From: Myxococcota bacterium
GTDB lineage: Bacteria; Myxococcota_A; UBA9160; UBA4427
Assembly: GCA_965250285.1 (NCBI GenBank)
Contig: OZ252299.1
Coordinates: 608,001 to 672,000, forward strand
Direction of reading: 5' to 3'
Length of the DNA stretch: 64,000 nt
The position numbers and the translations under genes were made by a program. The notes beneath the pieces were generated by a model. The model saw only the letters and a list, made by a program, of their open reading frames with translations. It was not told where the DNA came from and did not search any database. Positions 8,899-20,225 of this stretch are shown here, piece after piece; positions within the stretch are counted from its first letter, which is position 1; each line of letters starts with the position of its first letter.

Positions 8899-9147
8899 CT
8901 AAAGCTCGATCGACTCCTCCACCAGCATCACCGGAATATCATCATCCACCACGTACAGCACCCGCCCGTCTTCTCGCACCAACCCTTCGGCGATCGCCTT
9001 CTCGGGCTTGTCACCGCCCCGGTTGCGCAGGGTGCCGGCCTTGATCTTCTCGTTCAGGTCGGCGACCACGCCAGCGTCGGCGACGCTCAGCGCTTGCTTC
9101 GTCTCGGGGCAGACCAGGATCTCGAGCAGCTCGGCGTTGACGGGCAT
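8899..9147 (-). CDS. Trm112-family protein (82 aa)
   Basis: LLEILVCPETK...YVVDDDIPVMLVEE; aaggag RBS. Confidence 0.85.
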   Translation of the reverse strand: MPVNAELLEILVCPETKQALSVADAGVVADLNEKIKAGTLRNRGGDKPEKAIAEGLVREDGRVLYVVDDDIPVMLVEESIEL

Positions 9148-9203
9148 CGGGGTTCTCCTTGCAGGGCGTGCCCGGGCGGGAGCCCGGGCGTGGGCGCCGG
9201 ACT

Positions 9204-10436
<1,233 letters not shown>

Positions 10437-10485
10437 GGGGTTCTCCTGCGATCTGATTGTGAAGGTGGGCGCGTGCGCGAGTGAC

Positions 10486-11565
10486 TCAGATCTGTGTCAT
10501 GGCTTCGAGGCTGCTCGTGAAACCGACGGCGTTGCGCAGGTACATCTCGGGCAGGTAGTCACGAATGAAGCCGTGGCCGCCGAAGACCTGCACCGAGTCG
10601 TCGGCGCACTTGAGCGCGACTTGCTTGGCCTGGTTGTAGGCGAGCGTGGCCTTGCGGCTCGCATCCACGCCCTGGTCGAGGTCGTTTGCCGCCTCCCAGG
10701 TCAAGAGTCGCGCGGCGTCGATCTCGATCGCCATGTCGGCGAGCTTGAACGCGATGGCCTGCCGCGTCGCGATCGGCGCGCCGAACGTCTCGCGCTCCTT
10801 CGCGTAGTCGCGGGCGATCTCGAACGCCGCCCGCGCCATGCCTACGGCGCACGCGGCGAGGCCGACCCGCCCGCGGTGCACGACCGACCGGACGTCGCCG
10901 CCGAGCTTGGCGCTCGCATCGACGCGCACGTTCGAGAGCGTCAGCTCGGCCGTCGGGATGCCGCGCAGGCCGACGTTCTTCTCACGCTCGGCGCTGAGCC
11001 CGTCGGCGTCGCGCGGCACGACGTAGGCGCCGAGCTCGCCGCCGTCCGCGGCGAACACGAGCACGTGTCGGCCCCCGTCGAGCCAGGGCACCTGGGCCTT
11101 CTGGCCATCGATCACGATCGTGTCGCCGTCCTGCTTGGCGGTCGTCTGCGGTCGGTAGGGGTCGCTGTCCCAACGCGGCTCGGTGATCGCGAGCGCACCG
11201 GGGACGAAGGCGTCGCCGAGCAGCGTGGGCAGGATCTCGGCCTGCAGGGCCTCGCTGCCGAGCGTGGCCACCGGTATGCCCAGCAGCCCCGGGGACAGGA
11301 TCGCCAGCGCCGTCGAGACGTCGCCCCAGGCGAGCTCCTCCGCGATCAGGCAGCCGGTCATCGCGCTCGGCTCCCCGCCGCCGCCGTGGGCTTCGGGCAG
11401 GCCATTCGCCACGAGGCCGAGCTCGTGGGCGCCGGCGAGCAGCCCCGCGTCGGCCGCGGCGGCCTCGTCGCACTCGCGTGCCTTCGGGCGGATCTCGTTC
11501 TCGGCGAACTGCCGAACGGTCTCGATGATGAGCGCCTGCTCTTCGGTGGGTTCGAAGTCGATCAT
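10486..11565 (-). CDS. Acyl-CoA dehydrogenase (tandem partner, FadE23/24-like pair)
   Basis: MIDFEPTEEQ start; ALAITEP, YAKERETFGAPI, QVFGGHGFIRDY. Confidence 0.9.
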   Translation of the reverse strand: MIDFEPTEEQALIIETVRQFAENEIRPKARECDEAAAADAGLLAGAHELGLVANGLPEAHGGGGEPSAMTGCLIAEELAWGDVSTALAILSPGLLGIPVATLGSEALQAEILPTLLGDAFVPGALAITEPRWDSDPYRPQTTAKQDGDTIVIDGQKAQVPWLDGGRHVLVFAADGGELGAYVVPRDADGLSAEREKNVGLRGIPTAELTLSNVRVDASAKLGGDVRSVVHRGRVGLAACAVGMARAAFEIARDYAKERETFGAPIATRQAIAFKLADMAIEIDAARLLTWEAANDLDQGVDASRKATLAYNQAKQVALKCADDSVQVFGGHGFIRDYLPEMYLRNAVGFTSSLEAMTQI

Positions 11566-12370
11566 GGGGATCCTCTGTGGGGCAGCCTTCGCGCGCCGCG
11601 CGGGCGCCGATGCTGAGGGGGCGCGGCCCCGGTGCGGGGAGCGAGCCCTGGGTTTCGACTCTGACTCGGACCGAGAGCGGGCGCTCTCTGAGCCCGGGCT
11701 CTCGGAGTGCTCGCTCCAGTCCTGGTGCCGCGGCCGCTGGGCCACCTCGACGTGCGATCGCGGCCGCCTCGGCAGCGCCGGCACGGACGAAGGCGTTCGG
11801 TGTGCTCGGCCGCGTACGGGTCACGCTGATCGGGCGCAGCTCGATGGTGCGCGCGACGGCTCGCAGTCTATCAAGCGCCCGTCGCGGTTGCTCGGTGCAC
11901 CGACCCGATGCACTCCGCCGCGTCCGCCGCGCTTTCGTGCCTCGAGGACGGGTGTGGCTTCGCCGCAACGATGCGCTGCGTTGGGGCGACACGAGCCGAC
12001 GTGGAAACTCCTGCTCGCACGCGTGGTTGACGAGGTGCAGGGACCGTTGTAACACCCTGCGCGTCGCTGCCGCGACACGCTGATTCGCTGCTCAAGTGCA
12101 TCCGGAATCAGTGGTTTTCGAGCGCGAACCGGCCATGATCGTCGCATCCGCACCGACGAGCTGTGCCGAGGCCCGATAGGGCCGAACCGACCCGCGTGGT
12201 CGGGCGAGACGGACGGAGGGTCGTCAGACCGTCCTCCACCGAATCAACGCAGCCATGACGTTCGCTCGATCGGCGAAGTCGTGGTCGCGCAGCCAGTCGG
12301 GCCGTCGTGCGCGCGTCACATCGACGCACACACGTGAGCGCCGACGAGCCGAAGGGCTGACGTCTCGAGG

Positions 12371-13114
12371 ATGAACATGCATCGCCAGGATGGTCGAGTC
12401 AGGTGTTGGAAGGCCGCGAGTGGTCTTCTGGTTCCCGCGCTCTTCGCCGTTCTCTTCTTGTGCCTGGGGTCGACTGCGGCCCAGGCCAGAGACGGTGAGG
12501 TGCTCGTGGCCGACAGTGTTTGTCGAGCGCACGAGCTGCGCTTCATGCAGGAAAACGATCCCGAGCTGCAAATCGAGATCCCGGCCGAGTTCGCGGGACC
12601 GTGGCCCTCGCGCAGCGCTTGCGAGAGCGCGGTCCTGGCCTGGGATCCCGAGGCGCCTGGGCCGAAGCAGCCGATCCCGTTCAGTCACAAGCACCACGCG
12701 GGTGAGTTCGGCATGGACTGCCTCTACTGCCATACCGGCACCGACCGCTCGCAGGCCGCGGGCGTTCCGTCCGTCGAGCTCTGCATGGGTTGCCACGCGC
12801 AGTTCCCCGCGACGTACGACGAGATCGAGGGCATCCGCATCTTGAAGGCGGCCTGGGAGACGAAGCAGCCGATCCTGTGGAATCAGATCCACCGGCTGCC
12901 CGAGCACGTGCAGTTCCGGCACAACCGCCACATCAAGGCGGGGCTCGACTGCCAGGAGTGCCACGGCCCCGTCGAAGAGATGGACAAGGTCTACCTGGTC
13001 CCCGACACGCAGTGGAAGTACTTCGTGCCCGCCCAGAAGATGGAGATGGGCTGGTGCATCGACTGTCACGAGGAGAAGGGCGCTTCGAAAGACTGTCTGA
13101 AGTGCCACTACTGA
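12371..13114 (+). CDS. actA: Alternative complex III pentaheme cytochrome c subunit
   Basis: Five CxxCH (CLYCH, CMGCH, CQECH, CIDCH, CLKCH); QPIPFSHKHHAG; first gene of the act cluster. Confidence 0.9.
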   Translation: MNMHRQDGRVRCWKAASGLLVPALFAVLFLCLGSTAAQARDGEVLVADSVCRAHELRFMQENDPELQIEIPAEFAGPWPSRSACESAVLAWDPEAPGPKQPIPFSHKHHAGEFGMDCLYCHTGTDRSQAAGVPSVELCMGCHAQFPATYDEIEGIRILKAAWETKQPILWNQIHRLPEHVQFRHNRHIKAGLDCQECHGPVEEMDKVYLVPDTQWKYFVPAQKMEMGWCIDCHEEKGASKDCLKCHY

Positions 13115-13305
13115 GACAGCGCGAAGAGTAAGAAGACGCTCATCATCGAACGGCCCTGAAGCCTCAATCGAGCCGAGCTGCACGAAGCGCGTGGCGAGAG
13201 AGAGAAAGAAAGAGAACAGGGCGAGGACATCGACCCCAGGTCACCGAGCCGGCTGCGAGCGGCCGCCGGTCCCCGGAAACCCGGGACGAAACCCAGGACA
13301 ACGAC

Positions 13306-16300
13306 ATGCCTGAGCTTGATCGACGAGACTTCCTGAAGATTGTGGGCCTTGGGGCCGGCGCGGCTGCCGCGTCGGGCTGCTCGGACCCGATCGAGAAGCT
13401 CGTCCCCTACGTGATCCAGCCGGAGTCGGTCACCCCCGGCATCGCCACGATCTATGCATCGACCTGTCAGGAGTGCAGCCTCGGCTGTGGCCTCCACGTG
13501 CGCACGCGCGAAGGCCGGCCGATCAAGCTCGAAGGCAACCCCGATCATCCGATCAATCAGGGCGCGCTGTGCTCGCGGGGCCAGATGGGCCTCTCGCGCG
13601 CCTACCACCCCGATCGCTATGACAGCCCCAAGAAGCAGGGCGGCTCTGGCCTCGAGGCAACCGGCTGGGACGAGGCGATGGCCTCGCTCGGCGGCCAGAT
13701 CGGCGAGGGCACCGTGGTGCTCGGCGGACCGGTCGGCCCGAGCCTGTCGGGTGTGATCGACGCATTCGTGACCGGCGTCGGTGGCCAGCGGATCGTGTAC
13801 GAAGCGTTTTCGACCGATGCGCTGCGCACGGCGACCGAGAAGGTCTTCGGCGTCGCCACGCTGCCGATCTTCGACTTGACCGACACCGACCTCGTCGTCG
13901 ACTTCGGCTACGACGTGATCGACACGGGTAAGTCGTCCGTCGAGCATTCGCGTCAGCTGGCCGACGCCCGGGACGTCGAGAAGCACAAGGACGGCGGCGC
14001 GCGGCTCGTCTCGATCAGCCCGCGCATGAACCTCACCACGGGCAACGCCGACGAGTGGATCCCCGCGAAGCCCGGCAGCGAGGGGCTGATCGCTCTGGCC
14101 CTCGCCCAGGCCGTCGCGCAGAAGAAGGGCGCCGACGGCGCGCTTCAGGCCGCCCTCGACGGCGCCAATGCGAGCGACGCGGCCTCGAAGGCAGGCATCG
14201 ACCAGGCCCAGCTCGACGCACTGGCGGACCGGCTCGCAAGCGCCAAGAACGCGATCGCGCTGCCGCCCGGCGTCGCCGTCACGTCGAGCGTGGCCGTTTC
14301 GGCGAATGCGGCGGTGCTGCTGCTGAACGCGGCCATCGGTGCCGTGGGCAACGCCGTGACTCTGCCCGCTCCGACGGGTGCCGCGACCGCGACATACGCC
14401 GAGCTGGAGCAGCTCGTCGATGCCATGAACTCCGGCGCGGTCAAGACGCTGCTGATCCACGACAGCAACCCGGTCTATTCGCTGCCGACCTCGCTCGGCT
14501 TTGCCGAGGCGCTCGACAAGGTCGACACCGTCGTCTCGTTCGCTTCGATGAAGGACGAGACGAGTGAGGCCGCGACCCTCGTGCTGCCCGACCATGCGCC
14601 CATGGAGGCCTGGGGCGACGCCGAGCCGCGTCCTGGAGTCCGGTCGATCGTGCAGCCGACGCTGCGCCCGCTGATGGATACGCGAGCGCTGGGCGACACC
14701 CTGCTCGAGCTCGGCCGCGCCAAGGGCGCGACGATGCCCGAGGGCTCGTTCCACGAGGTCGTCAAGGCGAACTGGGCCGAGACCGACTGGGTGACCGCGC
14801 TCTCGAACGGCGGTCTCTTCGGCGAGGTGCAGACGGTGCCGGCCGAGGTGCAGAGCGTCGCGGGGATCGACCCGGGCGCGCCCTCGTTCGAGGGAGACGG
14901 CGACTTCATGCTGGTCGCCTTCCCGCACTCGTTCCAGACCGATGGCAGCGGAGCGAGCTTGCCGTGGGCACAGGAGGTACCCGACCCGGTCACCAAGATC
15001 AGCTGGAACAGCTGGGTCGAGATGAGTCAGACCAAGGCCGAAGAGATCGGCGTCACGTTTGGTGATGTCGTGCGCGTCCGGACCCCGGGCGGTGACCTCG
15101 AGCTCTCGGTGTATCCGCGCGGCGGCATCCGCGATGACGTGATTGCGATTCCGACGGGCCAGGGCCACACCGTTGGCTTCTACTCGTCGATGGCGACCGA
15201 GGTCGACCAGGTCGACGTCGAGCCCGGCACCGCGCGGGGCGTGAACGTGCTCTCGGTTCTGCCGGGCGCCGCGGGCGAAGACGGCACGCGCGTCTACCTC
15301 GGCACAAAGGCCGCCATCGAGAAGACCGGCCGATTCCGGCGTCTGGCCCTCTCTCAGTGGACGGACAACCAGCGCGGTCGCGATCTCGCCCCGACGCTGT
15401 CGCTGATGGAGCTCGCCGAAGACACCCACAAGGTGGCCCACTTCGCCGCGCAGTCGGCCGAGGATGGCGATGATCACGGCGCAGGGCACGGCGACGACGT
15501 GCCCCACGGCGGCGACGATCACCACCTCCTGCCCTTCGACCCGGCCTACGACGCGAAGCCCGGTCAGCCCTATCGCTGGGGCATGGTGATCGACAACGAT
15601 CGCTGCGACGGCTGCAGCGCCTGCATCACCGCCTGCTACATCGAGAACAACGTCTCGATCGTGGGCGAGACCCAGGCGATCAAGCATCGCGAAATGACCT
15701 GGCTGCGCATCGAGCGGTACATCGGCGATGGAGATCGCGAAGGCGGCGAGTCGCGTCGGCCGTATCCGACGCTCGAGCGGCTCGGTGACACCGACGTCCG
15801 CCACCTCGCGATGCCTTGCCAGCACTGCGGCGCGGCGCCCTGCGAGGCGGTGTGCCCGGTCATCGGCACGTACCACACCGACGAAGGCCTGAATGGCATG
15901 GTCTACAACCGCTGCGTCGGCACTCGCTACTGCGCGAACAACTGCGTGTACAAGGTGCGCCGGTTCAACTACTGGGATTACGGCAACAAGAACTGGCCCG
16001 GCATGCTCGGCATGATGCTGAACCCCGATGTCACCGTGCGGCAGCAGGGTGTCATGGAGAAGTGCAGCTTCTGTGTCCAGCGCATCGAGCAGGCGCGACA
16101 GCCCGCCAAGGACGCCGGCCGCCCGATTCGCGACGGCGAAGTCGTGACGGCCTGCCAGCAGACGTGCCCGAGCGGCGCCATCACGTTCGGCAACTGGCGT
16201 GAAGAAGACGCTCAGATCAACAAGCTCGTGAACGACAATCCACGCAACTACAACGTGCTGCATGTCCTGAATGCCAGACCGGCTGTCAGCTACCTCGCGC

Positions 16301-16338
16301 AGGTCACGCGCGAAGATCAGGAGGGGCACCACTCATGA
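13306..16338 (+). CDS. actB: Alternative complex III subunit B (molybdopterin-oxidoreductase-like domain + Fe-S domain)
   Basis: Tat signal DRRDFLK plus lipobox ASGC; EGRPIKLEGNPDHP; CDGCSACITAC, CQHC..APCEAVCP, CVGTRYCANNC, EKCSFC. Confidence 0.93.
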   Translation: MPELDRRDFLKIVGLGAGAAAASGCSDPIEKLVPYVIQPESVTPGIATIYASTCQECSLGCGLHVRTREGRPIKLEGNPDHPINQGALCSRGQMGLSRAYHPDRYDSPKKQGGSGLEATGWDEAMASLGGQIGEGTVVLGGPVGPSLSGVIDAFVTGVGGQRIVYEAFSTDALRTATEKVFGVATLPIFDLTDTDLVVDFGYDVIDTGKSSVEHSRQLADARDVEKHKDGGARLVSISPRMNLTTGNADEWIPAKPGSEGLIALALAQAVAQKKGADGALQAALDGANASDAASKAGIDQAQLDALADRLASAKNAIALPPGVAVTSSVAVSANAAVLLLNAAIGAVGNAVTLPAPTGAATATYAELEQLVDAMNSGAVKTLLIHDSNPVYSLPTSLGFAEALDKVDTVVSFASMKDETSEAATLVLPDHAPMEAWGDAEPRPGVRSIVQPTLRPLMDTRALGDTLLELGRAKGATMPEGSFHEVVKANWAETDWVTALSNGGLFGEVQTVPAEVQSVAGIDPGAPSFEGDGDFMLVAFPHSFQTDGSGASLPWAQEVPDPVTKISWNSWVEMSQTKAEEIGVTFGDVVRVRTPGGDLELSVYPRGGIRDDVIAIPTGQGHTVGFYSSMATEVDQVDVEPGTARGVNVLSVLPGAAGEDGTRVYLGTKAAIEKTGRFRRLALSQWTDNQRGRDLAPTLSLMELAEDTHKVAHFAAQSAEDGDDHGAGHGDDVPHGGDDHHLLPFDPAYDAKPGQPYRWGMVIDNDRCDGCSACITACYIENNVSIVGETQAIKHREMTWLRIERYIGDGDREGGESRRPYPTLERLGDTDVRHLAMPCQHCGAAPCEAVCPVIGTYHTDEGLNGMVYNRCVGTRYCANNCVYKVRRFNYWDYGNKNWPGMLGMMLNPDVTVRQQGVMEKCSFCVQRIEQARQPAKDAGRPIRDGEVVTACQQTCPSGAITFGNWREEDAQINKLVNDNPRNYNVLHVLNARPAVSYLAQVTREDQEGHHS

Positions 16339-17723
16339 CGCCTCCGCCTCCCGTGTCCGCCACGATGGACGCAGCGGGATCGATCCCCACTGGTGCGGAA
16401 TCGACCCCGCCGCGCGATTCGCAGGCGAACATCGACATCCTCGCGCATACGCGAGGCACGACCTGGCACTACTGGGTCGCGCTCGCCATCGTGCTATTGG
16501 GCGTGGCCCAGGCCGCGGTGCTGCTCATCTATCAGATGTACGCGGGCCTCGGGGTCGCCGGCTACCAGGCGCCGATCTTCTGGGGCGTGTACATCATCAC
16601 GTTCGTGTTCTGGATCGGCATCGGCCACGCCGGTACGTTGATCTCGGCCATTCTGTTCTTGTTCAGGGCGAAATGGCGAAATGCGATCAACCGCGGCGCC
16701 GAGACGATGACCGTCTTCGCCGTGCTGACGGCCGCGATCTTCCCGGCGATTCACATCGGTCGTATGTGGAAGTTCTACTTCCTTCTTCCGTACCCGAATC
16801 AGCGCCAGCTCTGGGTGAACTTCAAGAGCCCGCTCCTCTGGGACGTGTTCGCGGTCAACACCTACCTGCTCGTCTCGCTCATCTTCTTCTTCATCGGCCT
16901 GATCCCCGACATCGCGATCGCGCGTGATCGCTCGACGGGTCTCAAGAAGGTGCTCTACTCGATCCTGTCGCTCGGTTGGCAGGGCACGGGCAAGCAGTGG
17001 AAGGCGCACAGCCGCGCCGTTCTGCACCTCTCGGGCATCGCGACCCCGCTGGTGCTCTCGGTGCACTCGGTCGTTTCGTGGGACTTCGCGATGTCGATCG
17101 TGCCGGGCTGGCACGCGACGATCTTCGCCCCCTACTTCGTGGCCGGCGCCATCTTCGGCGGCTTCGCCATGGTGATCGTGGTGATGATTCCGGTGCGCCG
17201 CATCTTCGGCCTGCAGGAGTACATCACCGAGTACCACTTCGAGAACATGTCGAGGTTCATCCTGCTGACCTCGATCATCTGCGGCTACGCGTACGGCGCC
17301 GAGTACTTCATCGCCTGGTACAGCGGCGTCGAGTTCGAGCAGACGTCGTTCTGGCTGCGGCTGTTCGGTCCGTACTGGTTCTCGACCTGGTGCATGATCG
17401 TCTTCAACGTCTTCTTCCCACAGCTGCTGTGGTTCAAGAAGCTGCGAACGAACCTGCCTTTCCTCTTCGTGCTGTGCTGGTTCATCAACATCGGCATGTG
17501 GTTCGAGCGCTACGTCATCATCATCACGTCGCTCTCGCGTGAGTACATCCCCGGTGCCTGGGGTCTGTACATCCCGAGCCCGCTCGAGCTCGCCGTGCTG
17601 GCTGGCAGCTTCTGCTGGTTCTCGATGTTCTTCCTGATCTTCCTGAAGCTCTTCCCGATCATCGCGATCTCTGAGGTGAAGGAACTGACGATCCACGCCA
17701 AGGATCACGGGGGGGCGCACTGA
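16335..17723 (+). CDS. actC: Alternative complex III quinol-binding NrfD-family subunit C
   Basis: FVFWIGIGHAGTLISAIL, SPLLWDVFAV, PLVLSVHSVVSWDF. Confidence 0.95.
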   Translation: MTPPPPVSATMDAAGSIPTGAESTPPRDSQANIDILAHTRGTTWHYWVALAIVLLGVAQAAVLLIYQMYAGLGVAGYQAPIFWGVYIITFVFWIGIGHAGTLISAILFLFRAKWRNAINRGAETMTVFAVLTAAIFPAIHIGRMWKFYFLLPYPNQRQLWVNFKSPLLWDVFAVNTYLLVSLIFFFIGLIPDIAIARDRSTGLKKVLYSILSLGWQGTGKQWKAHSRAVLHLSGIATPLVLSVHSVVSWDFAMSIVPGWHATIFAPYFVAGAIFGGFAMVIVVMIPVRRIFGLQEYITEYHFENMSRFILLTSIICGYAYGAEYFIAWYSGVEFEQTSFWLRLFGPYWFSTWCMIVFNVFFPQLLWFKKLRTNLPFLFVLCWFINIGMWFERYVIIITSLSREYIPGAWGLYIPSPLELAVLAGSFCWFSMFFLIFLKLFPIIAISEVKELTIHAKDHGGAH

Positions 17724-18226
17724 TGGCGACCGTCGTGAGCGTGTTCGAGCTGCCGAGCAACACCGCTTCGGCAATCCGCAAGCTGAAGGCCCGTGGCTTC
17801 GACGAGCTGACGAGCTACGCGCCGGCTCCGTTCGAGGAGATCGAGCTCGCGGAGAACCCCAAGCCCTCGGGTGTGCGCACCTGGACGCTGATTGGTGGCC
17901 TGACCGGCGTAAGCCTCGGCTTCCTGATGCAGATCTGGATGTCACTCGAGTGGCCGCTGAAGATCGCGGGCAAGGCGTACGCGTCGATCCCGCCCTACGT
18001 GATCATCGGCTTCGAGCTGACGATCCTCTTCAGCGGCATCCTGACCCTGGTGGGCTTCCTGGTGCACTCGGGTCTCTATCCGCGCGCCGTGGACAAGCAC
18101 TACAGCGCCCGCTTCTCGGCCGAAGACTTCGGCGTCGTCGTCGAGGTCGAAGACCGCGACGTGGCCGAGGTCGAGGCGCTGATGCGCAGCGAGCAAGCGA
18201 AGGAGGTGTCCGTTGTCGCGCACTGA
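17723..18226 (+). CDS. actD: Alternative complex III subunit D (DUF3341)
   Basis: Two TM segments; WPLKIAGK, FELTILF, RFSAEDF; position in operon. Confidence 0.9.
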   Translation: MATVVSVFELPSNTASAIRKLKARGFDELTSYAPAPFEEIELAENPKPSGVRTWTLIGGLTGVSLGFLMQIWMSLEWPLKIAGKAYASIPPYVIIGFELTILFSGILTLVGFLVHSGLYPRAVDKHYSARFSAEDFGVVVEVEDRDVAEVEALMRSEQAKEVSVVAH

Positions 18227-18791
18227 TCGCACCCTTCGGCAGGCCCTCGCCTTCGCCGTGCTTCTGAGCGTCAGCCTCTCGGTGGGCTGCTGGGAGCAGG
18301 TGAGCGCCGAGTGGTTCCCGCAGATGAAGCGCCAGCTCGCCGTGCAGGCCTTCGAGTACGACCCCTACGTGCCTGATGGTGAGCAGCTCACACCGCCCGC
18401 CGGCACCGTCGCGGTCGGCAACCCGTACCCCGACCTGGCGGTCCTCACGACGGCCGAGCAGGACGCCATCCCGAACCCGGTCTCGCCCTCGCTCGCCAGC
18501 CTGAAGCGCGGCGAAGAGGTCTACAACCAGACCTGCGCCACGTGCCACGGCATGACCGGCGGTGGCGACGGCCCGGTGGCGGGTCCGCCCTTCGGTCAGG
18601 GCCCCTTCGGACTCGTACTGCCCATCGGCGGTCAGATGAGCGTCGCGAAGGCGCTCACCGACGGTCACATCTACGCCACGATGACCCTCGGCCGAGGTCG
18701 CATGCCTTCGTACCGGAGGCTGACGCCCGAGGATCGCTGGAACGTGGTCAACTACGTCCGTGACCTGAACGGTCAGGGAGGTCGACAGTGA
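18213..18791 (+). CDS. actE: Alternative complex III monoheme cytochrome c lipoprotein E
   Basis: Lipobox SVGC; CATCH; GRGRMPSY, DRWNVVNYVR. Confidence 0.9.
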   Translation: MSRTDRTLRQALAFAVLLSVSLSVGCWEQVSAEWFPQMKRQLAVQAFEYDPYVPDGEQLTPPAGTVAVGNPYPDLAVLTTAEQDAIPNPVSPSLASLKRGEEVYNQTCATCHGMTGGGDGPVAGPPFGQGPFGLVLPIGGQMSVAKALTDGHIYATMTLGRGRMPSYRRLTPEDRWNVVNYVRDLNGQGGRQ

Positions 18792-20110
18792 GTGCTCCCG
18801 CCCTAGCTCCGGAGAAGGCGCTGCCGCGCGAGCTGCCCATGAACGCCATGTACGTGGCGCTGGGCCTCGTCGGCGTCGGCCTCGCTTCGTTCGTCTTCGG
18901 CCTCATCAATCAGCCCGAGCGCGCCTGGCTCGCCTTCCACGCCAACGTCATCTACTTCACGATGCTCGCGTGCGGTGGGCTGGCGTTGTCGTGCATCTAC
19001 ACCGTCGTGGGCGCGAAGTGGTGTGGCCCCTACAAGCGCATCGCCGAGTCGATCGGCGCCTTCGTGCCGATCGCGTTCCTGCTCTCGATCGTCGACTTCT
19101 TCGGTCGCGAGTACGTCTTCGAGTGGGTCAAGCACTCGGCCGCCGGCAAGGAGGTGTGGCTCAACACGTTCCGCGTGTACGCCATGGATTTTGCGCTGCT
19201 CGGCTCGCTCGCCGTCCTCTCGGTGATCTACATCCGACAGTCGGTGCGCCCCACGCTCAAGAACCTGGCCGAGACCGGCACGGGCTTCGCCAAGAAGCAG
19301 GCAGAAGCCTGGACCGCGAACTGGCAGGGCGCGGACGCCGAGCGCGCAGCGGCGCCGAACGGCACTCATCCGGGCATCGCCATCGCGATTCTCCTGATCT
19401 TCGGCATCGGCATGAGCTTCTGGAACTTCGACCAGGTCATGTCGATGGATCAGCTCTGGTTCTCGAACCTCTTCGGAGCGTACGTGAACTGGGGCGGCAT
19501 TCTCTCGGCCGTGGCCGCGAGCGCGCTGATCGGCATCCTCAGCCGCAAGACGCCCGTGCTCGGCAGCGAGATCACCGAAGAGCGGCGCCATGACATCGGC
19601 AAGATGATGTTCGCGTTCTCGATCTTCTGGATGTACCTCTTCTTCTCGCAGTACCTCGTGATCTACTACGGCAACCTGCCCGAAGAGACCGAGTTTCTGC
19701 GCGATCGCCTGGGCAACCAGTTCTTGATCGAGAAGGGCTTCAGCCAGTACGCGTTCGCCCAGCAGTGGGCCGACTGGGACTTCCGGTGGTCGCGCCTCGC
19801 CAGCGGCTACGGCTGGGTCTCGATGGTGATCTGGGCCCTGTGCTGGATCATCCCGTTCTGGGTGCTGCTCGGTCAGGCCCCGAAGAAGTCGCCGCTCATC
19901 GCCGGTACCGTCGCGAGCGGCCTGCTCATCGGCTTCTGGCTCGAGCGCAACGTGCTGACGTGGCCCTCGGTCGTGAAGGGCGACATGACGGCCTTCCTCC
20001 AGCCGATCCCGATCGGCATTGCGCTGGGCTTCGTCGGTGCGTTCCTCGCCGTCCACCTGCTCTACACGCGGGTCTTCCCGACGATCGCGGTGAGCGACAA
20101 GGGCGAGTAA
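18788..20110 (+). CDS. actF: Alternative complex III membrane subunit F
   Basis: Multi-TM; HDIGKMMFAFSIFWMYLFFSQYLVIYYGNLPEE. Confidence 0.92.
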   Translation: MSAPALAPEKALPRELPMNAMYVALGLVGVGLASFVFGLINQPERAWLAFHANVIYFTMLACGGLALSCIYTVVGAKWCGPYKRIAESIGAFVPIAFLLSIVDFFGREYVFEWVKHSAAGKEVWLNTFRVYAMDFALLGSLAVLSVIYIRQSVRPTLKNLAETGTGFAKKQAEAWTANWQGADAERAAAPNGTHPGIAIAILLIFGIGMSFWNFDQVMSMDQLWFSNLFGAYVNWGGILSAVAASALIGILSRKTPVLGSEITEERRHDIGKMMFAFSIFWMYLFFSQYLVIYYGNLPEETEFLRDRLGNQFLIEKGFSQYAFAQQWADWDFRWSRLASGYGWVSMVIWALCWIIPFWVLLGQAPKKSPLIAGTVASGLLIGFWLERNVLTWPSVVKGDMTAFLQPIPIGIALGFVGAFLAVHLLYTRVFPTIAVSDKGE

Positions 20111-20151
20111 GGCGAATCGGGCCCGGGCTCTCGGGCCACGCAGGAAACCAG

Positions 20152-20190
20152 CGGCGCGATCGGCTCAGGCCGGTCGCGCCGTTCTCGTTC
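20152..20190 (+). terminator. Terminator-like hairpin after act operon
   Basis: cggcgcgatcggc-tcag-gccggtcgcgccg followed by ttctcgttc, between convergent genes. Confidence 0.55.
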
Positions 20191-20225
20191 CGGGGGGCGT
20201 GGGCGCGCGCGCGGCGGACCGCGCC

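Noticed and set aside
11570..12370. Hidden gene or RNA in the 800-bp divergent gap before actA
   Set aside because: Only weak GC hairpins and non-protein-like ORFs; consistent with a regulatory region.
13190..13225. Purine-rich tract (gagagagagaaagaaagagaac) between actA and actB
   Set aside because: Short low-complexity sequence; no supportable function.
13108..16332. Very long antisense or alternate-frame ORFs (e.g. 13108..16332 -, 60823..63987 -, 25580..27988 +, 56647..58878 +)
   Set aside because: Shadows of real genes caused by high GC3; Arg/Ala/Gly-rich with no recognisable motifs.
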